Below are positions 60,146 through 64,000 of a DNA stretch of 64,000 bases, in pieces (positions within the stretch are counted from its first letter, which is position 1; each line of letters opens with the position of its first letter). The translations under genes were made by a program, and so were the position numbers. The stretch covers positions 928,001 to 992,000 of the forward strand of contig CBDCQT010000013.1 of NCBI GenBank assembly GCA_965220745.1, read 5' to 3'. The notes beneath the pieces are model-generated. The model was given only the letters and a program-made list of their open reading frames with translations, ran no database searches and had not been told where the DNA came from. This stretch comes from Alphaproteobacteria bacterium. GTDB lineage: Bacteria > Pseudomonadota > Alphaproteobacteria > UBA828.

Positions 60146-60219
60146 CCCTCGCACGCGGCGGGCCGGCGGAAGACCGATAGCGGGGCGACGGGCCCGATCC
60201 CCCCGCCGAAGAGCGACCG

Positions 60220-61827
<1,608 letters not shown>

Positions 61828-61941
61828 AGCGCTATTCGGCGCGGGCGGGCTTGCCTCCCTTCACCTGAAACACCACGTTAGCTACAAGGTACTCGCGCAG
61901 GCTGCGCAGCGGGCGCAGGTATCGGCAGGATGGACAACCCC

Positions 61942-63444
61942 ATGAAGATTGCATTTTCCGAAATCGCGACACCGGCCAGGGGAGTGGTCGCCGTCGTCGT
62001 CACGGAGGAGCGTACCCTCGGCGCGACCGGACGCCAGTTGGACGAACAGACGGACGGCGCACTCAGCCGGGCACTTGCCGCTGGCCGCTTCAAGGGGAAG
62101 CAGGGCACGTCCACCACCATCGTCGCGCCGCACGGCCTCGACGTCGATGCCGTGATCCTGGTCGGCCTCGGCAAGCCGGGGAAGATCGACGGCCGGGGCT
62201 TGAGGGCGCTCGGCGGCAGCGTCGTCAGCAAGATGAATGCCGCCGGCGCGAAGGCCGGCGCCGTTGCGGTGGATGCGGTCGACGGTGCCAGCATGGCGCC
62301 GCCCGCGATGGCAGCCGAAATCGCCCTCGGTGCGCGCCTCGGCAGCTACAGTTTCGACAAGTACCACACCAAGAAAAAGGACGAGGACAAGAAGAGCCTC
62401 GGCGAACTCACCGTGATGCTCGACGATCCGGCAGCGGCGGAAGACGCATTCACGCCGAACGATAACCTCGCGGACGGCGTCTTCCTCACGCGCGACATGG
62501 TCTCCGAGCCGAGCAACGTCAAATATCCGAAGACCATCACGGAGGATATCGAGGCGCTCGTCGAGGATGGGATCGAGGTGGAAATCTTCGACCGCGAGAA
62601 GATGGCGGGCCTCGGGATGGGATCGCTGCTCGGCGTCGCACAGGGCAGCGAGAACGAGCCCTATCTCGCGATCATGCGTTGGAACGGCGCGCCCGAAGGG
62701 GCCGACGCTCAGCCCGTCGCCTTCATCGGCAAGGGCGTGACCTTCGATACCGGCGGTATCTCCATCAAGCCGAGTCAGGGCATGGAGGAGATGAAGTACG
62801 ACATGGCCGGCGCGGGCACCGTGGTCGGCCTGATGAAGTGCCTGGCCGGCCGCAAGGCGCGGGTCAACGCGATTGGCGTGGTGGGGCTGGTGGAGAACAT
62901 GCCCGACGGCAAGGCGCAGCGGCCGGGCGATGTGGTCACCTCCATGTCGGGCCAGACCATCGAGGTCATCAACACCGACGCCGAAGGCCGGCTCGTGCTG
63001 GCCGACGCGCTCTGGTACACGCAGGAGACCTTCAAGCCGCAGTTCATGATCAATCTCGCCACGCTCACCGGCGCGATCATAATCTGTCTCGGCACCTACC
63101 AGGCGGGCCTCTTCAGCAACAACAACGAGCTGTCGGAGCGCCTGATCGCGGCGGGCAAGGAAAGCGGCGAGGAAGTGTGGCGCATGCCGCTCGGCGAGCG
63201 CTACGACAAGGACATCGACTCCGCCATCGCGGACATGAAGAACGTCGGCAAGGGGCGCGAGGCCGGCAGCGTGGCCGCGGCGCAGTTTCTGCAACGCTTC
63301 GTCAACGGCGTGCCGTGGGCTCATCTCGACATCGCTGGCATGGCCTGGATGAAGCGCGGCGACGATCCCACCGTGCCCAAGGGCGCGTCGGGCTACGGCG
63401 TCCGCCTGCTCGATCAGCTGGTGCGGGCGCACTACGAGGGCTGA
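61942..63444 (+). CDS. pepA: Leucyl aminopeptidase (M17)
   Basis: GKGVTFDTGG, MKYDMAG, NTDAEGRLVLAD, WAHLDIAG. Confidence 0.96.
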   Translation: MKIAFSEIATPARGVVAVVVTEERTLGATGRQLDEQTDGALSRALAAGRFKGKQGTSTTIVAPHGLDVDAVILVGLGKPGKIDGRGLRALGGSVVSKMNAAGAKAGAVAVDAVDGASMAPPAMAAEIALGARLGSYSFDKYHTKKKDEDKKSLGELTVMLDDPAAAEDAFTPNDNLADGVFLTRDMVSEPSNVKYPKTITEDIEALVEDGIEVEIFDREKMAGLGMGSLLGVAQGSENEPYLAIMRWNGAPEGADAQPVAFIGKGVTFDTGGISIKPSQGMEEMKYDMAGAGTVVGLMKCLAGRKARVNAIGVVGLVENMPDGKAQRPGDVVTSMSGQTIEVINTDAEGRLVLADALWYTQETFKPQFMINLATLTGAIIICLGTYQAGLFSNNNELSERLIAAGKESGEEVWRMPLGERYDKDIDSAIADMKNVGKGREAGSVAAAQFLQRFVNGVPWAHLDIAGMAWMKRGDDPTVPKGASGYGVRLLDQLVRAHYEG

Positions 63445-63454
63445 CGCCGGCGCG

Positions 63455-63904
63455 ATGGTCGAGATCGCCTTCTACCAGCTTCGCCGCACGCCGCTGGAGA
63501 AGGCGCTCCCGAAGCTATTGGAGAAAGTGTTGGAGAGCGGGCGCCGCGCCGTGGTGCTCGCCGCCTCAGAGGAGCGTGCAGAGGCGCTGAACGCGGCGCT
63601 CTGGACCTACGAGCAGGGCTCGTTCCTGCCCCACGGCACGGCGCGCGATGGCAAGTCCGAGCGCCAGCCGATCTTTCTTGCCACCGACGATACCAATCCC
63701 AACGGCGCCGAGATCGCCGTCATGGTCGACGGTATCGCCCCTGCCGATCCCGGTGGCTTCGAGCGCTGCTTCGACATGTTCGACGGGACCGATCCGGCCG
63801 CGCTTGAGGCAGCACGCGCACGCTGGCGGGCGCACAAGGAGCGGGGCGATACGGTCACCTATTGGGAGCAGACCCAGAGCGGCGGATGGGAACAGCGAGC
63901 GTAG
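63455..63904 (+). CDS. holC: DNA polymerase III subunit chi
   Basis: FYQL, LPKLLEK, LWTY, SFLPHG, ARARW, YWEQ; follows pepA. Confidence 0.93.
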   Translation: MVEIAFYQLRRTPLEKALPKLLEKVLESGRRAVVLAASEERAEALNAALWTYEQGSFLPHGTARDGKSERQPIFLATDDTNPNGAEIAVMVDGIAPADPGGFERCFDMFDGTDPAALEAARARWRAHKERGDTVTYWEQTQSGGWEQRA

Positions 63905-64000
63905 TGGGATCGAAGACTGTCACTGACCGGATCAGGGCCGATCTCTGCGTGATCGGCGCCGGCTCGGCGGGGCTCTCGCTCGCTGCGGGCGCCGTTCAGA
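63904..64000 (+). CDS. N-terminal fragment of an FAD-dependent pyridine nucleotide-disulfide oxidoreductase (Lpd/MerA-like)
   Basis: GTG 63904: MGSKTVTDRIRADLCVIGAGSAGLSLAAGAVQ, with a GxGxxG Rossmann motif; runs off the window. Confidence 0.7.
   Translation, partial: MGSKTVTDRIRADLCVIGAGSAGLSLAAGAVQ

Overview
High-GC (about 70% by eye) alphaproteobacterial chromosome segment, Rhodospirillales-like by gene order (inference). Mostly housekeeping genes: tol-pal (cpoB-pal-tolB-tolA-tolR-tolQ-ybgC), ruvBAC-yebC, recO-parC, bioFD, mtnP, ychF-pth-rplY-prs, pgeF-midA-lgt-hldD, hpnDC-dxr, mfd-sdhE, pckA, pepA-holC. Accessory blocks sit between them: an F420 cluster (two PPOX-class and one LLM-class oxidoreductase, cofE, cofD); a TPP-riboswitch-controlled ThiXYZ transporter; a low-GC islet with a frameshifted gene after parC; a DUF1538-DUF1538-PII-CBS module containing an internally deleted mini-paralog; a DUF1778/GNAT toxin-antitoxin pair; and an LLM oxidoreductase-dpaL pair divergent from a CUT1 ABC transporter. 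I found no rRNA, tRNA, CRISPR array, transposase or integrase. The best candidates for an undescribed system are the DUF1538/PII/CBS module, the pxpA-aminotransferase-bioF-bioD operon lacking bioA, and an NrdR-like box upstream of yebC-ruvCAB. All family calls come from motif recognition and synteny; no database searches were run.
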